In this document: positions 38,301 through 47,705 of the stretch, piece after piece
Numbering within the stretch: the first letter of the stretch is position 1
Layout of the letters: each line of letters opens with the position of its first letter
Translations under genes and position numbers: made by a program
The notes under the pieces: model-generated
Seen by the model: the letters and a program-made list of their open reading frames with translations, nothing else
Databases searched by the model: none
Told to the model about the DNA's origin: nothing
Assembly (NCBI GenBank): GCA_031441465.1
Contig: JANOEP010000049.1
Location: 1-64,000, forward strand
Direction: 5' to 3'
From: a bacterium
GTDB taxonomy: Bacteria; Krumholzibacteriota; Krumholzibacteriia; LZORAL124-64-63
DNA: 64,000 nucleotides

Positions 38301-41300
38301 TCGACGGCAAGACCGGCGCGCCCGCGGTGCAGACCGCGACGCTGCAGTTCCCGCTGACCGTCAACGCCGTCGACCGCTTCTGGAACCGGGTCGACAACAG
38401 CTTCCACAACATCCACCTCGGCAGCGACGAGGGCTCCATCGTGCCGGGCAACCCCCTGAACAACGGCCAGGCGCTGGCCGCCGGCGAGATCGTGTTCCCC
38501 GTGGCGATCTCGAGCCTCGGCTACGCCACGCTCACGGCCTACGACCTGACCGACGCCGGGATCCTGGGCCACGACGTGGTCGTGCAGGTTGCCGCCGGGG
38601 CCCAGTACCGGATCACGACCCCCGACACCGCGCTCGTCGGTCCGCCGAGCACCTTCGCCATGACCGTGGAACTGGTGGACGAGGCCGGGACCGTCATGGT
38701 CAACGCCTACAACCCGGTCACCCTGCGCGTCCTGACGCCGACGCTGCAGCCGGCCCCGGGCGTGCTGCTGGCGACGGGCGCCCAGCTGACCGCCGGCGTC
38801 GTCACGATCCCCGGCCAGGCCTACGACATCGCCAGCCGCATCGTCGTCGAGGTGAGCGACACCTCCGGTCGGCTCGGCTACAGCGACATCATCCGCATGG
38901 ACCCCAACGGTCTCTGGTACGACGTCATCGTCGGCACGACCCCGACGCCCGTGACGGGGCCGCCGGCGGCCTTCCCGGTGACGGTGCGGCTGCGCGACAC
39001 CGAGACCGGGTCGCTCGTGGACGACGACCGTTTCTTCAGCGTCGCGGTCGTCGACGACGACGGCGCGCTCGGAGCGGGTGCCGTCGGCGTGACCACACGC
39101 CGCCTGGTCGACGGCCAGGTCACCTTCCAGCAGACCTACACGCAGGCCGGCGAGTTCGCGGTGCGCGCCTTCGATCCCAGCGGCCTGGCCGGCGACAGCC
39201 CCCTGTTCACCGTCCAGCCGAGCGGGTACCAGCGGCTGCAGCTGCTGGCGCCGGGGGAGACGGCACGACCGGGCGCCGCCGCCTTCGCCGCCACCGGCAA
39301 GTCGGCCCTGCCCGACACCCAGCGCTCGGGCGAACCGTTCCCGCTCGCGGTGCGCGCCGTGGACCAGTACTGGAACCCGATCGGCGACGAAGCGTCCGGC
39401 CGGATCCACCTCGCGGCGACCGACGGCTCGTTCTCCTGGCCGGACAACCCCGACCCGCAGGACGCGCCCTTCTTCCTGGGCGGCCGCGCCGTCGACGCCT
39501 TCCTGGTGGCCGAGGGCGAGGTGGGCGTGACCGTGAGCGATCTCGACGCGCCGCAGCTGCCGGGGCAGACCGTCGCGGTGCCGGTGCGCCGCCCGTACGC
39601 CTACGAGGTCACCGTGCCCGCGTCTGCCCAGACCGGCGGCATGCCGGGCTTCGCGATGACGGTGCGGCTGGTCGACCCCGACACCGGGGACCCCATCGCC
39701 GACGCGGGGCACCGCGTCACCCTGACGCCGCTGCGGGCCAACTTCGCGCCCGGCACGGGCGTGCTCGGCACCGCGGAGGTCTACCTGGTCAACGGCGTCT
39801 CGTTCATCAGCGACCAGAGCTACAGCGCCCTGGAAGACCTGCGGGTCCGCGTCGCCGACGACTACGGCCGGCAGGCCACGAGCGACGTCGTGACGATGGA
39901 GACGGGCGGCCTCTACTACGACGTGGTCGCGCCCGCGACCGCGACCGTGGGCGGCCCGGCCACCCTCCCGATCGCGGTCGACCTGATCGACAGCAACACC
40001 GGCGAGCGCGTGACGGCCCACAGCGGCCTGATCCAGATCTCGGTGCTCAGCGCCGCCACCGGCGAGGCCGGCGGCGGCGTGCTGGGCACCATCCAGCAGA
40101 TGCTGACCGGCGGCCACACCGACATCCAGCAGACCTACACGCTGGCCGAGGAAGTCTACTTCCGCGTCGTCGACGGCGACGGCAACGAGGGCTTCTCCAA
40201 CAGCTGCCGCCTGGAAGCCGACGGCTTCAAGCAGCTGCAGATCGTCGCGCCCGGCGAGACGCCCGAGCCCGGCGCCGAGGCCGGCACCGGCAAGATCGGC
40301 GCCCCGGTGGTCCAGACGGCGGGCGAGCCCTTCGTCGTGGAACTGCGCGCGGTCGACCAGTTCTTCAACCCCGTCACGTCGCTGGACGACGGCGCCCTGG
40401 AGCTGACCTGCTCGGAGCCCGATCTCTTCGCCTGGCAGAATCCCGCGGACTACCACGCCCCCTTCGTCGGCGGTCGCCGGCAGGTGGGGGTCGTGCTCGA
40501 CGGCGCGGGCAACCTGACCCTCAGCGCCGACGACACCCAGCACCCGTCGGCCGGCCAGGGCCACGTGACCATCCCGGTGGCGGAGGCCGTCTACCAGGTC
40601 ACCGTCCCGGACACGACCTTCGTGGGGCCGCCCTCGCGCTTCGCGGTGGGCGTGCGCCTGGTCAACCCGGCCACCGGGGCCACGGTGCCGGCGGGCAACC
40701 GCATCGCCCTGGAAGCGCTGCGCTACGACTTCGGCGCGCCCGAAGGACTGCTCGGCGTCACGGGGTGGACGCTGCTGCAGGGCTCGGCCGACATCGCCAC
40801 GCAGAGCTACGGCGTCAGCGAGCGCATCATCATCCGCGTGTCCGACGAGCGCGGCCGCACGACCGACAGCGCCGTGGTGACGGTCATCCCCGTGGGCGTG
40901 ACCTACGCCGTGACGGCCCCCGACACGGTCGTCGCCGGCGAGTCCTGGCCGCTGTCGGTCACGCGCGTCGACGTGACCACGGGCCGTCTGGTCACCGGCT
41001 ACGACGAGACCTTCAGCATCTCGGCGATCAACGCCTGGTCGGGCGCGGTGCGCCCCGATCCGGCGCTCGTGCCGACGGGCGTGCTGCGCTACACCTACGG
41101 CGCCACCGTCGAGGGCCGCGCGCTGCTCGACAACCAGGCCTACGACCGCGCCGAGTCGATCTACCTGCGCGTGACCGACGCCGCCGGCGGCGACGTGCTC
41201 AGCCGCCTGATCACCGTGCTGGCCGCGCCGGCCCGGTTCTTCACCCTGACCCTGCTCGAGCCGGACGGCTCGCCCTTCGACCGCGTCCTGCGGCCCGACC

Positions 41301-42148
41301 AGCAGATCCGCGTCCGCGTCGCGGCGCGCGACGAGGGCGGCAACCCGGCGCCCCGCGCCGCCGTCGCCTTCGAGATCCGCGCCGGAGAGGCCACGCTCGG
41401 CTCGGCGCGCGCCGGCGCGGTGCACCTGACGACCGGCAGCGACGGCACCGTCGAGACGACCCTGCGCATCGGCGCCTTCGGGACGACGGACGTCCTGCTG
41501 CGGGCCGGCGTGGACGCCCTCGACCCCGAGGAGGTCCTGCTGAGCGTGGCCGGGCCGCCGGTCACCACGGTGATGTTCACGGGCGTCGCCAGCGAGTACC
41601 TCGACGGCTGGTACGTCAGCGACGACACGCGGATCGCCCTGTCGGCGGTGCCGGGGATCCCCGAGGCGACCACGACGATCCGTTTCGACATCGATCAGGC
41701 CGACGGCGTGCAGCCGCTGACCGCCTACGAGGAGCCCTTCACCCTGGGCGACCTGATCCCGGGCGAATCCGGGGTTCATGTCCTGCGCTTCTTTGCCGAA
41801 GAGAACACCGGCGTGCAGGAGGCGCTGAGGGAAATCAAGCTGTACACCACGCAGGCGTTGGCCGAGGACCGGGAGATCACCAACCGCCCCAACCCGTTCA
41901 ACCCCGTGCTCGAGCTGACGCGGATCCTGTTCAAACCGACGGCCGCCGGTACCGTGAACATCACGATCTACGACCTCTACGGGGCGATCGTGCTGAATCA
42001 CCACCTGAACGCCGCCGCCGACCAGACCACCGAATTCGCCTGGAACGGCCGCAACGGCCAGGGCGACGTGGTGGCCAACGGCGGCTACATCTGCCGGGTG
42101 ACCGGCCAGGGCTTCGATTTCCGCCGCAAGATCGCGGTGGTGAAGTAG
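35357..42148 (+). CDS. giant (~2260 aa) repetitive beta-sandwich surface protein with FlgD/T9SS-like C-terminal domain
   Basis: Signal peptide ending 'VAQA-F'; two families of internal repeats; C-terminus 'NRPNPFNP...ITIYDLYG...WNGRNGQGDVVANGGYICRV...RKIAVVK'. The start may be 35357 or 35363. Confidence 0.85.
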   Translation: MTMNERTRSKFAIAKFATVLALGLMALAPTVAQAFDHLEITVINPEIVDGRPSVTIYEQFSVLVRAVNADGSTDTAADFIRAALSSPDVAANMPASAYLQNGERIFTGIDFLDDGQPVRMRVADQDDGSVPFAQVEINCYNFVHHFEFGVPPGDKFVGQTVALTVTARDHLNAAVRNFGDDVVLSPALGHFTAGPSLTVGGGSFVFGVAAVNVVFQGTDPATQQNTVNALNTVVYPTQASAAIGSGLVAPLYPGTLNRVVLLLPGQTLTPGVSPGRSGTAIAQISGFPFTGIDVYATDQYWNPVAAGPFPTLAWSANDAAPGVALPAGGPMSSNTVQDQAATLMTSGLRQMTVTASGAISTSSSANVQVNPAGLHHFSFDYAVLDTNVVQATTTPFQIRVRAYDSFNNLFPYNGPVSMRVRIGASDESADYLITTSNNFVGGVLNASMQVTKRAFSARIIVDSNTGVVTLSGDFQVNAGPMEKVLFTLPGQTWTPGLNDPDFGGNIGLPTPIVAGQMVEPLEIRAVDRYGNLVSGARTVAITCPTGHLLLLDGGGSLIESGVISLNGTGVYSALMATFGDQVLQAGVGGQADSFSSPLHVSPNTYQRLMVIAPGETLDAGTIYAPGKLGLPSPQDAGAPFNIQVVATDYYFNPIDATSPFLPIPLSFTSTDLQATLPAGPQSLQTGTGVFQVTLKTLADPNQQLVTATDQVRSYTASALIPVEAGVIDHFEIGVNNGTNPDPTDSLESVPDHQAGAWLPNLTVIARDAYGNHIRAFTDSVTLHLNVDGDVLAPVRISLADGYGSGTYQGVWRGSLRITRAGSGVTVSALDDIYGRSGVSNAFTVFPGAYVGLQVLLPGETATPGEAPGKFGTPLPVVAGEEVTAAVSALDAWWNPTPAGPIVRVSSSGYADLISANDVPLDPDGTSDFALSFRTATAQTLRARDLAVSARRDSCLATVTPDAFYRLQAIAPGETPNPGGPEVDGKTGAPAVQTATLQFPLTVNAVDRFWNRVDNSFHNIHLGSDEGSIVPGNPLNNGQALAAGEIVFPVAISSLGYATLTAYDLTDAGILGHDVVVQVAAGAQYRITTPDTALVGPPSTFAMTVELVDEAGTVMVNAYNPVTLRVLTPTLQPAPGVLLATGAQLTAGVVTIPGQAYDIASRIVVEVSDTSGRLGYSDIIRMDPNGLWYDVIVGTTPTPVTGPPAAFPVTVRLRDTETGSLVDDDRFFSVAVVDDDGALGAGAVGVTTRRLVDGQVTFQQTYTQAGEFAVRAFDPSGLAGDSPLFTVQPSGYQRLQLLAPGETARPGAAAFAATGKSALPDTQRSGEPFPLAVRAVDQYWNPIGDEASGRIHLAATDGSFSWPDNPDPQDAPFFLGGRAVDAFLVAEGEVGVTVSDLDAPQLPGQTVAVPVRRPYAYEVTVPASAQTGGMPGFAMTVRLVDPDTGDPIADAGHRVTLTPLRANFAPGTGVLGTAEVYLVNGVSFISDQSYSALEDLRVRVADDYGRQATSDVVTMETGGLYYDVVAPATATVGGPATLPIAVDLIDSNTGERVTAHSGLIQISVLSAATGEAGGGVLGTIQQMLTGGHTDIQQTYTLAEEVYFRVVDGDGNEGFSNSCRLEADGFKQLQIVAPGETPEPGAEAGTGKIGAPVVQTAGEPFVVELRAVDQFFNPVTSLDDGALELTCSEPDLFAWQNPADYHAPFVGGRRQVGVVLDGAGNLTLSADDTQHPSAGQGHVTIPVAEAVYQVTVPDTTFVGPPSRFAVGVRLVNPATGATVPAGNRIALEALRYDFGAPEGLLGVTGWTLLQGSADIATQSYGVSERIIIRVSDERGRTTDSAVVTVIPVGVTYAVTAPDTVVAGESWPLSVTRVDVTTGRLVTGYDETFSISAINAWSGAVRPDPALVPTGVLRYTYGATVEGRALLDNQAYDRAESIYLRVTDAAGGDVLSRLITVLAAPARFFTLTLLEPDGSPFDRVLRPDQQIRVRVAARDEGGNPAPRAAVAFEIRAGEATLGSARAGAVHLTTGSDGTVETTLRIGAFGTTDVLLRAGVDALDPEEVLLSVAGPPVTTVMFTGVASEYLDGWYVSDDTRIALSAVPGIPEATTTIRFDIDQADGVQPLTAYEEPFTLGDLIPGESGVHVLRFFAEENTGVQEALREIKLYTTQALAEDREITNRPNPFNPVLELTRILFKPTAAGTVNITIYDLYGAIVLNHHLNAAADQTTEFAWNGRNGQGDVVANGGYICRVTGQGFDFRRKIAVVK

Positions 42149-42156
42149 GAGAGGCC

Positions 42157-43491
42157 ATGCAGCGCCACGCGGACAACAACCAGCGCCAGCACCCCCGACG
42201 CGCCCGCGGTGCGACGGTCCGGCGATTCGTCGCGTTCCTGACCCTGGCGGCCGTCCTGGCCGCCGCGCCGGCCCTCGCCGGCCAGGACGGCGGCGCGCCC
42301 GGCGCGTTCCTGCGCTTCGGCAGCAGCGCCCGCAGCCTCGCCCTGGGCGGGGCCGTCGGCGCGCTCGGCGGCGACGTCGCCACCGTGTACTGGAACCCGG
42401 CCGCCTTGTCGCAGCTGCGCACGATGGAGGTGACGGCGATGGGAGCCACCCTCTTCGGCGACACCCGCTACTCGTACGTGGCGTTCGGCCTGCCGAGCGA
42501 GGGCCGGGGCACCTTCGCCTTCAGCGGCACCTTCACCAACAGCGGCGAGTTCGAGCGCGCGTCGGAGTGGATCGACATGAACGACACCTTCCAGGAGAAG
42601 GAAGGGATCTTCGCGCTGACCTACGGCCGCGGCAACAGCCGCCTGGGCTGGGGCGTCACCCTGAAGTCGATCTCCCAGGACGTGGGCGGCTTCACCGGCT
42701 CGGGCTATGGCGCCGACCTGGGCCTCTACCTGCGGCCCGAGCGCCGGCTCAGCCTGGGCGTCTCCTACCAGAACGCCCTGCAGCCCGAGATCACGCTGGT
42801 CGACCAACCCGAGAAGCTGGCCCGGACCCTGCGCGCCGGCGCCGGCCTGCATTTCTTCAACAACCGCATGCTCGTGCTGACCGACCTGGTCCGCACCGAC
42901 GGGATGGACCTGGACTTCCAGGGCGGCATCGAGACCTGGCCCCTGCGCCAGCTGGTGCTGCGCGGCGGTTACGACACCGTCCGCGACCAGACCAGCTTCG
43001 GGGCCGGCGTGCGCTGGCAGAACTGGCAGCTCGACTACGCCCACGTCGCGCACGACCTGGGCTCCACGACGGTGGTCAGCGCCACGATGCGCTTCGGCAT
43101 CACCGACGGCGTCGAGATCCACAGCGACCGCCTGCGCTTCAGCCCGTCGGGGAACGACCGCAGCGTGTCCTTCGGGGTCGACACGGCGCTGCGCGGCGAG
43201 GTGGCGGAGTGGCGCGTCGAGATCCGCAACGACCAGGGCGAACTGGTGCGGCGGATCTTCGAGGAGGGCCCGCCGCCGGAGGCCGTGGCCTGGGGCGGCG
43301 AGGACGAGAACGGCCGGCTGGTGGGCGACGGCGTCTACAGCGCCACCGTCTTCGTCATGGACGACCTGGGCCAGGAGTGGGACCACGAGGTCCAGGTGGA
43401 GATCATGGGCTTCCGCAACCGGACCCGGACCCCGATCCGCATCGACATCGACGGTTCCGAGAGCCTGAAATCGCGAGAGGACGACCGATGA
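42157..43491 (+). CDS. PorV/PorQ-like (FadL-type) outer membrane barrel with C-terminal FlgD-like domain
   Basis: 3' part of track ORF 38032..43491. 'GAFLRFGSSARSLALGGA...YWNPAAL', 'GYGADLGL', 'LDYAHVAHDLG', then 'FSPSG...AWGGEDENGRLVGDGVY'; AGGAG RBS. Confidence 0.82.
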   Translation: MQRHADNNQRQHPRRARGATVRRFVAFLTLAAVLAAAPALAGQDGGAPGAFLRFGSSARSLALGGAVGALGGDVATVYWNPAALSQLRTMEVTAMGATLFGDTRYSYVAFGLPSEGRGTFAFSGTFTNSGEFERASEWIDMNDTFQEKEGIFALTYGRGNSRLGWGVTLKSISQDVGGFTGSGYGADLGLYLRPERRLSLGVSYQNALQPEITLVDQPEKLARTLRAGAGLHFFNNRMLVLTDLVRTDGMDLDFQGGIETWPLRQLVLRGGYDTVRDQTSFGAGVRWQNWQLDYAHVAHDLGSTTVVSATMRFGITDGVEIHSDRLRFSPSGNDRSVSFGVDTALRGEVAEWRVEIRNDQGELVRRIFEEGPPPEAVAWGGEDENGRLVGDGVYSATVFVMDDLGQEWDHEVQVEIMGFRNRTRTPIRIDIDGSESLKSREDDR

Positions 43492-46400
43492 AACGACATC
43501 CCGCCGCCTGGCTGCCGGCCCTGCTGGTGCTGCTGGTCTTCGCCGCCCTGCCGGTCTTCGCCGGCGACGACGACTCGGTGGTCCCGAACGAGGATGCGCT
43601 CTGGCGCGCCGCCGGCGACACCTTCGCCCGCGACACGGACAAGAGCAACGCCCTGCAGCAGTTCCAGCTGTACCTGACCCATTACAAGAAGACCGACCGC
43701 GCGGCCCGCGCCCAGTACATGGTGGCCGAATGCTACTTCTGCAACGGCGACTACGACACGGCGCTGCGCGAGTACGCGAGGGTCGGGAAGTTCAAGGGCG
43801 GCGACCCGTACCTTGCGGGCAGCGCGCTGCTGCGCCAGGGCGAATGCCAGTTCAACCTGGGCAAGCAGGAGCGGGCCCTGGAGACCTTCACGCAACTGCT
43901 GCAGCAGAGCACCGACAGCTTCCTCGCCGGCGAGGCCCTGTTCGCCATGGGCCAGACCCAGGCCTCGCTGCAGGACTGGCGCAGCGTGGAGAAGACCTAC
44001 AAGCAGCTGCTGGCCGACCGGCCCGGCTACCAGAGGCTGCCGCAGGTGCAGTTCGTCCTGGGCCTGTTCGCCTACGTGAAGCAGGACTACGAGGGGGCCA
44101 CGCAGCACTTCGAGAAGGTGGGCACGGACCTGGGCCTCTACTACCTCGGCCGCTGCCTCGAGGCTTCCGGCCAGTACATCCTGGCCGTGCAGCGCTACCG
44201 CCAGGCCCTGCGGCTCTTCCCGGACAGCCCGCTGGCCGACGACGCCGCGTTCAGCGTCGCCGAGGCTTTCTACAACAGCGACCAGAACAAGGTCGCCGCG
44301 CGCAGCTACCGCGACTTTCTCGAAGGGTACCCCGACAGCAAGTTCGTGCCGATGGCGCGTTACAAGCAGGCCTGCGTGGACTACCGCTCCGGCGAGTACA
44401 ACGAGTGCGTGCGCAAGCTCGAGGATCTCTGCAAGGATCTCGGCGGCGAGCCGATCTGCGCGCCGGCCAACTACCTGATGGGCTCGGCCTGGATGGCGCT
44501 CGGGCGGACCAGCCACGCCATCTTCGCCTTCACCGAGGTGGTCAAGGGCTACCCGGATTCGGAACTCGCCAGCGCCGCCATGCACAAGGTCGTCTACGCC
44601 TACATCGCCGAGAAGAACTACCCCCAGTCCATCCTGATGGCACACGAGTTCATGGACATCTTCCCCGGCGATCCGCTGTCGGCCCGCGTCCAGGTGCTCC
44701 TGGGCTACGCCCACAAGGAGCTGCAGGAGTACGACCTCGCGGTGCGCGAATTCCAGAACGTGATGGACCGCCACGTCAACACCGACGCCGGCGAGCGGGC
44801 GCTGTTCCTGGCGACCGACACCTACCTGAAGCTGGAGCAGTACGACCGCCTGATCACCAACTACCACTTCATCGCCAACCGCCTGCTGCCCACGCCCAGC
44901 CCGTGGCGCGCGCGGACCTACTATCAGCTCGGCGAGGCCTACTACCACGAGGGTCTCTTCCGCGAAGCGGGCGGCATGTACCGGCTGGTGCTGACCGGCT
45001 ACCCGCGCAGCGAGGTGGCGGCGGCCAGCCTGCAGGGCCTCGTCGCCAGCTACAGCCAGATCGGCGAGTACGACCTGGCCCTGGAGGAACAGGAGAAGTT
45101 CCTCTTCGAGCTGGCGAACGCCGACAGCGAAGAGGGCGGCAACTCGCTGGCCCTCGGCTCGCTCTACTTCAACCAGCACGACTACCAGAAGGCGCTGGAG
45201 GAGATCACAAAATTCCTGGAGCGCAACCCCGAAGGCCCGCAGGCCGCGGCCGCGCTGCTCAACCAGGGCGACTGCTTCTACCGCCTGCAGTACTACGAGA
45301 ACGCGGTGGAGGCCTGGCGGAAGCTGGTCACGAACTTCCCGCGGGCGAGCGAAGCCGACGAGGCGCTCTACCGCCTGGCCGACACCCAATTCGGTCTGGC
45401 CCGCTTCGAAGAGGCGCGAGCCAGCTACCTGACGCTGCAGAAGCGCACGCCCGACGGCGCCCACGCCGCCGACGCCGCCTTCGGCTTGGCCAACTGCCAC
45501 TACAACCAGCAGCAGGACCAGGCGGCGATCACGGCCTTCCAGGCCTTCCTCGAGGATTTCCCGGAGGACCCCCGCGTCGAGGACGCGGAACTGGGCATCC
45601 AGAGCTGCTACTACCGCAGCGGCAAGGACATGGAGGAGTACCTGGGCACCCGTCCGGACAGCCCCCTGGCCGGGGACTATTACTGGACTAAAGGTCAAAA
45701 CTTGTTTGCCGAAGGAAACTACGAGGCCGCTGCCAAGGCGTTCGAAAAAGTCACCCTGGACTACGCCGACAGCGAGAGCGCCCCGGGCGCCCTCTTCTAC
45801 CTGGCCGAGAGCTACTACCGCTTGGAGCAGATGCCGATGGCGCTCGCAGGCTACCGCAGTTTCCTGAAGACGAACCCCGACCACGAGCTGGTCGGGTTGT
45901 CGCGCTTCCGCGAGGGCACCGTCCTGTACAAGACGGAGCAGTACGAGGAGGCGGCGGAAGCCTACGAGTACCTGGTCGACACCATGCCCGCCGGCGAGTA
46001 CTCGCCCCTGGCCCTGTTCAACGCCGGCCTCTGCTACCAGGAACTCGAGGACTGGCCGGCCGCCATCGGCGCGCTGATCCGCTTCCAGGCGGACTACCCC
46101 GCCGACGAGCGGGCCAAGGGCCTCGCCTTCCAGATCGCCACGCTGTACCAGGACGAACTCGGCGATTTCGAGAACGCCGCGACGGCCTACCAGAAGGCGC
46201 TCGAGAAGGGCGAAGCCGGCATCGAGGAGATCGGCTACCGGCAGGGGCAGTGCTACGAGAAGCTCGACCGCATCGAGCAGGCCGTCGCCAGCTACGAGAT
46301 GTCCGCCAGCGGCGCCGACGTCGCGGCCCCGCACCGCATCGCCAGCCTGGCCCAGATCGGCCAGATCAGCGAGGAGCGCGGGGACTGGAACACCGCCGTC

Positions 46401-46502
46401 CAGGCCTACAACAGGATCGTGCAGACCAACGGCAAGCCGGAATGGACGGCGATGGCCGAGGGCCGGCTCGCCGAAATCCAGGCCATGTCCGCCGGCAACT
46501 AG
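43488..46502 (+). CDS. large exported TPR protein (CpoB/BamD-type TPR repeats)
   Basis: Signal peptide 'MKRHP...PVFA-G'; many repeats of the form 'Y...l..(Y/F)P.S..a..A.(F/Y)..(A/G)e.YY'; ATGA overlap with the barrel gene. Confidence 0.85.
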   Translation: MKRHPAAWLPALLVLLVFAALPVFAGDDDSVVPNEDALWRAAGDTFARDTDKSNALQQFQLYLTHYKKTDRAARAQYMVAECYFCNGDYDTALREYARVGKFKGGDPYLAGSALLRQGECQFNLGKQERALETFTQLLQQSTDSFLAGEALFAMGQTQASLQDWRSVEKTYKQLLADRPGYQRLPQVQFVLGLFAYVKQDYEGATQHFEKVGTDLGLYYLGRCLEASGQYILAVQRYRQALRLFPDSPLADDAAFSVAEAFYNSDQNKVAARSYRDFLEGYPDSKFVPMARYKQACVDYRSGEYNECVRKLEDLCKDLGGEPICAPANYLMGSAWMALGRTSHAIFAFTEVVKGYPDSELASAAMHKVVYAYIAEKNYPQSILMAHEFMDIFPGDPLSARVQVLLGYAHKELQEYDLAVREFQNVMDRHVNTDAGERALFLATDTYLKLEQYDRLITNYHFIANRLLPTPSPWRARTYYQLGEAYYHEGLFREAGGMYRLVLTGYPRSEVAAASLQGLVASYSQIGEYDLALEEQEKFLFELANADSEEGGNSLALGSLYFNQHDYQKALEEITKFLERNPEGPQAAAALLNQGDCFYRLQYYENAVEAWRKLVTNFPRASEADEALYRLADTQFGLARFEEARASYLTLQKRTPDGAHAADAAFGLANCHYNQQQDQAAITAFQAFLEDFPEDPRVEDAELGIQSCYYRSGKDMEEYLGTRPDSPLAGDYYWTKGQNLFAEGNYEAAAKAFEKVTLDYADSESAPGALFYLAESYYRLEQMPMALAGYRSFLKTNPDHELVGLSRFREGTVLYKTEQYEEAAEAYEYLVDTMPAGEYSPLALFNAGLCYQELEDWPAAIGALIRFQADYPADERAKGLAFQIATLYQDELGDFENAATAYQKALEKGEAGIEEIGYRQGQCYEKLDRIEQAVASYEMSASGADVAAPHRIASLAQIGQISEERGDWNTAVQAYNRIVQTNGKPEWTAMAEGRLAEIQAMSAGN

Positions 46503-46532
46503 CCGGCTCAACTCAGAGAGAGGAACCTTCAC

Positions 46533-47258
46533 ATGCTGGGGATGTCGCTCACCAAAGTCATTTTCGGTTCGTGGTCGATGCTCATGCTCATCGCCTGCTC
46601 CATCGTCACGATCGCCTACGCGATCGAGCGCGTGGTGTATTTCCACCGTTCCCGTTCCGACGTGCGGGCCTTCATGAAGGACCTCGCCGCCAGGATGAAG
46701 ACCGGCGACATGAAGGCCGCCACCCAGTGGTGCGACCAGCAGAAGGGCGCCGCCGCCCGCGTCGTCAGCCAGTGCCTGCCGCAGGTGCACATCAACGCCT
46801 CGGAACTCAAGCAGCGCTTCGACACCGCCATCGAGATGGAGCAGGTGGAGATGGAGCGCAACCTGAGCATCCTGGGCACGATGAGCAACATCGCCCCGCT
46901 GCTGGGCCTCTTCGGCACGGTGATCGGCATCGTCCGCTCCTTCAACGACATCGGACGCACCGGCGCCGGCGGCAGCGCCGTGGTGGCCATGGGCGTCGGC
47001 GAGGCGCTGACGGCCACGGCGGCCGGCATCTTCGTGGCCGTCATCGCCACGATCTGCTTCAACTACTGCGTGCGCCGCATCCGTACCCGCATCATCGAGC
47101 TGGAGGACGTCCGCGAGGAGTTCTTCTGCGTGCTGCGCGGCCTCGCGCGGCAGGACGGTCCCGCGTCTGCGCGCGCCAAGGCGGACAAGCACGACGTCAA
47201 CGCCCTGTGCGACGCCGTCGTCACTTCGGCCCAGGAACCCGCCGCGGTCGGCCGGTAG
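46533..47258 (+). CDS. MotA/TolQ/ExbB proton channel protein
   Basis: 'LGTMSNIAPLLGLFGTVIGIVRSF' and 'GVGEALTATAAG'. Confidence 0.9.
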   Translation: MLGMSLTKVIFGSWSMLMLIACSIVTIAYAIERVVYFHRSRSDVRAFMKDLAARMKTGDMKAATQWCDQQKGAAARVVSQCLPQVHINASELKQRFDTAIEMEQVEMERNLSILGTMSNIAPLLGLFGTVIGIVRSFNDIGRTGAGGSAVVAMGVGEALTATAAGIFVAVIATICFNYCVRRIRTRIIELEDVREEFFCVLRGLARQDGPASARAKADKHDVNALCDAVVTSAQEPAAVGR

Positions 47259-47273
47259 GAAGCGAGACCCGAC

Positions 47274-47705
47274 GTGGCACGATCCGACCGATCGCAACTG
47301 CACCAGGAGAGTTCGCCCAACATCACCCCGTTGGCGGACGTCACTACGATCCTGATCATCGTGTTCCTGATGACCATGCCGGCCATCCTCGGCAACGGCA
47401 TCCAGGTCAACGCGACGCGCGCCGAGGCCAGCGAGACCGTGGTCACCACGCGCGAGCAGCAGGACCAGGAGATGCTCATGGTGAGCGTCGCCCCCGAGGG
47501 CATCAAGATCAACGGCGAGACGGTGGTGCTCGCGGAACTCGAGCGGCGGCTGAAGGACGCGCTCTCCACGCGCACCGACAAGACCGTCGTCATCGTGCCG
47601 AGCGACTTCGTGAAGCTCGGCGACGTGGTCGACGTCATGGACGCCGCCAAGGGCGGCGGCGCCAGCAGCCTGGCGCTCCTGAACCGCAAGGAGGGGGCGC
47701 GATGA
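47274..47705 (+). CDS. ExbD/TolR family protein
   Basis: 'PNITPLADVTTILIIVFLM' with the TM Asp. Confidence 0.85.
   Translation: MARSDRSQLHQESSPNITPLADVTTILIIVFLMTMPAILGNGIQVNATRAEASETVVTTREQQDQEMLMVSVAPEGIKINGETVVLAELERRLKDALSTRTDKTVVIVPSDFVKLGDVVDVMDAAKGGGASSLALLNRKEGAR

Noticed and set aside
36329..42004. 1891-aa minus-strand ORF, plus other long antisense ORFs such as 43335..47303, 31325..33403 and 13828..15930
   Set aside because: These are shadow frames opposite real genes. High GC3 codon bias suppresses stops, and the products have no recognisable motifs.
38032..42156. N-terminal ~1375 aa of track ORF 38032..43491, suggesting an overlapping or frameshifted giant gene
   Set aside because: It is an Arg/Pro/Gly-rich off-frame translation. 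The real PorV-like gene starts at 42157 with its own RBS and signal peptide.
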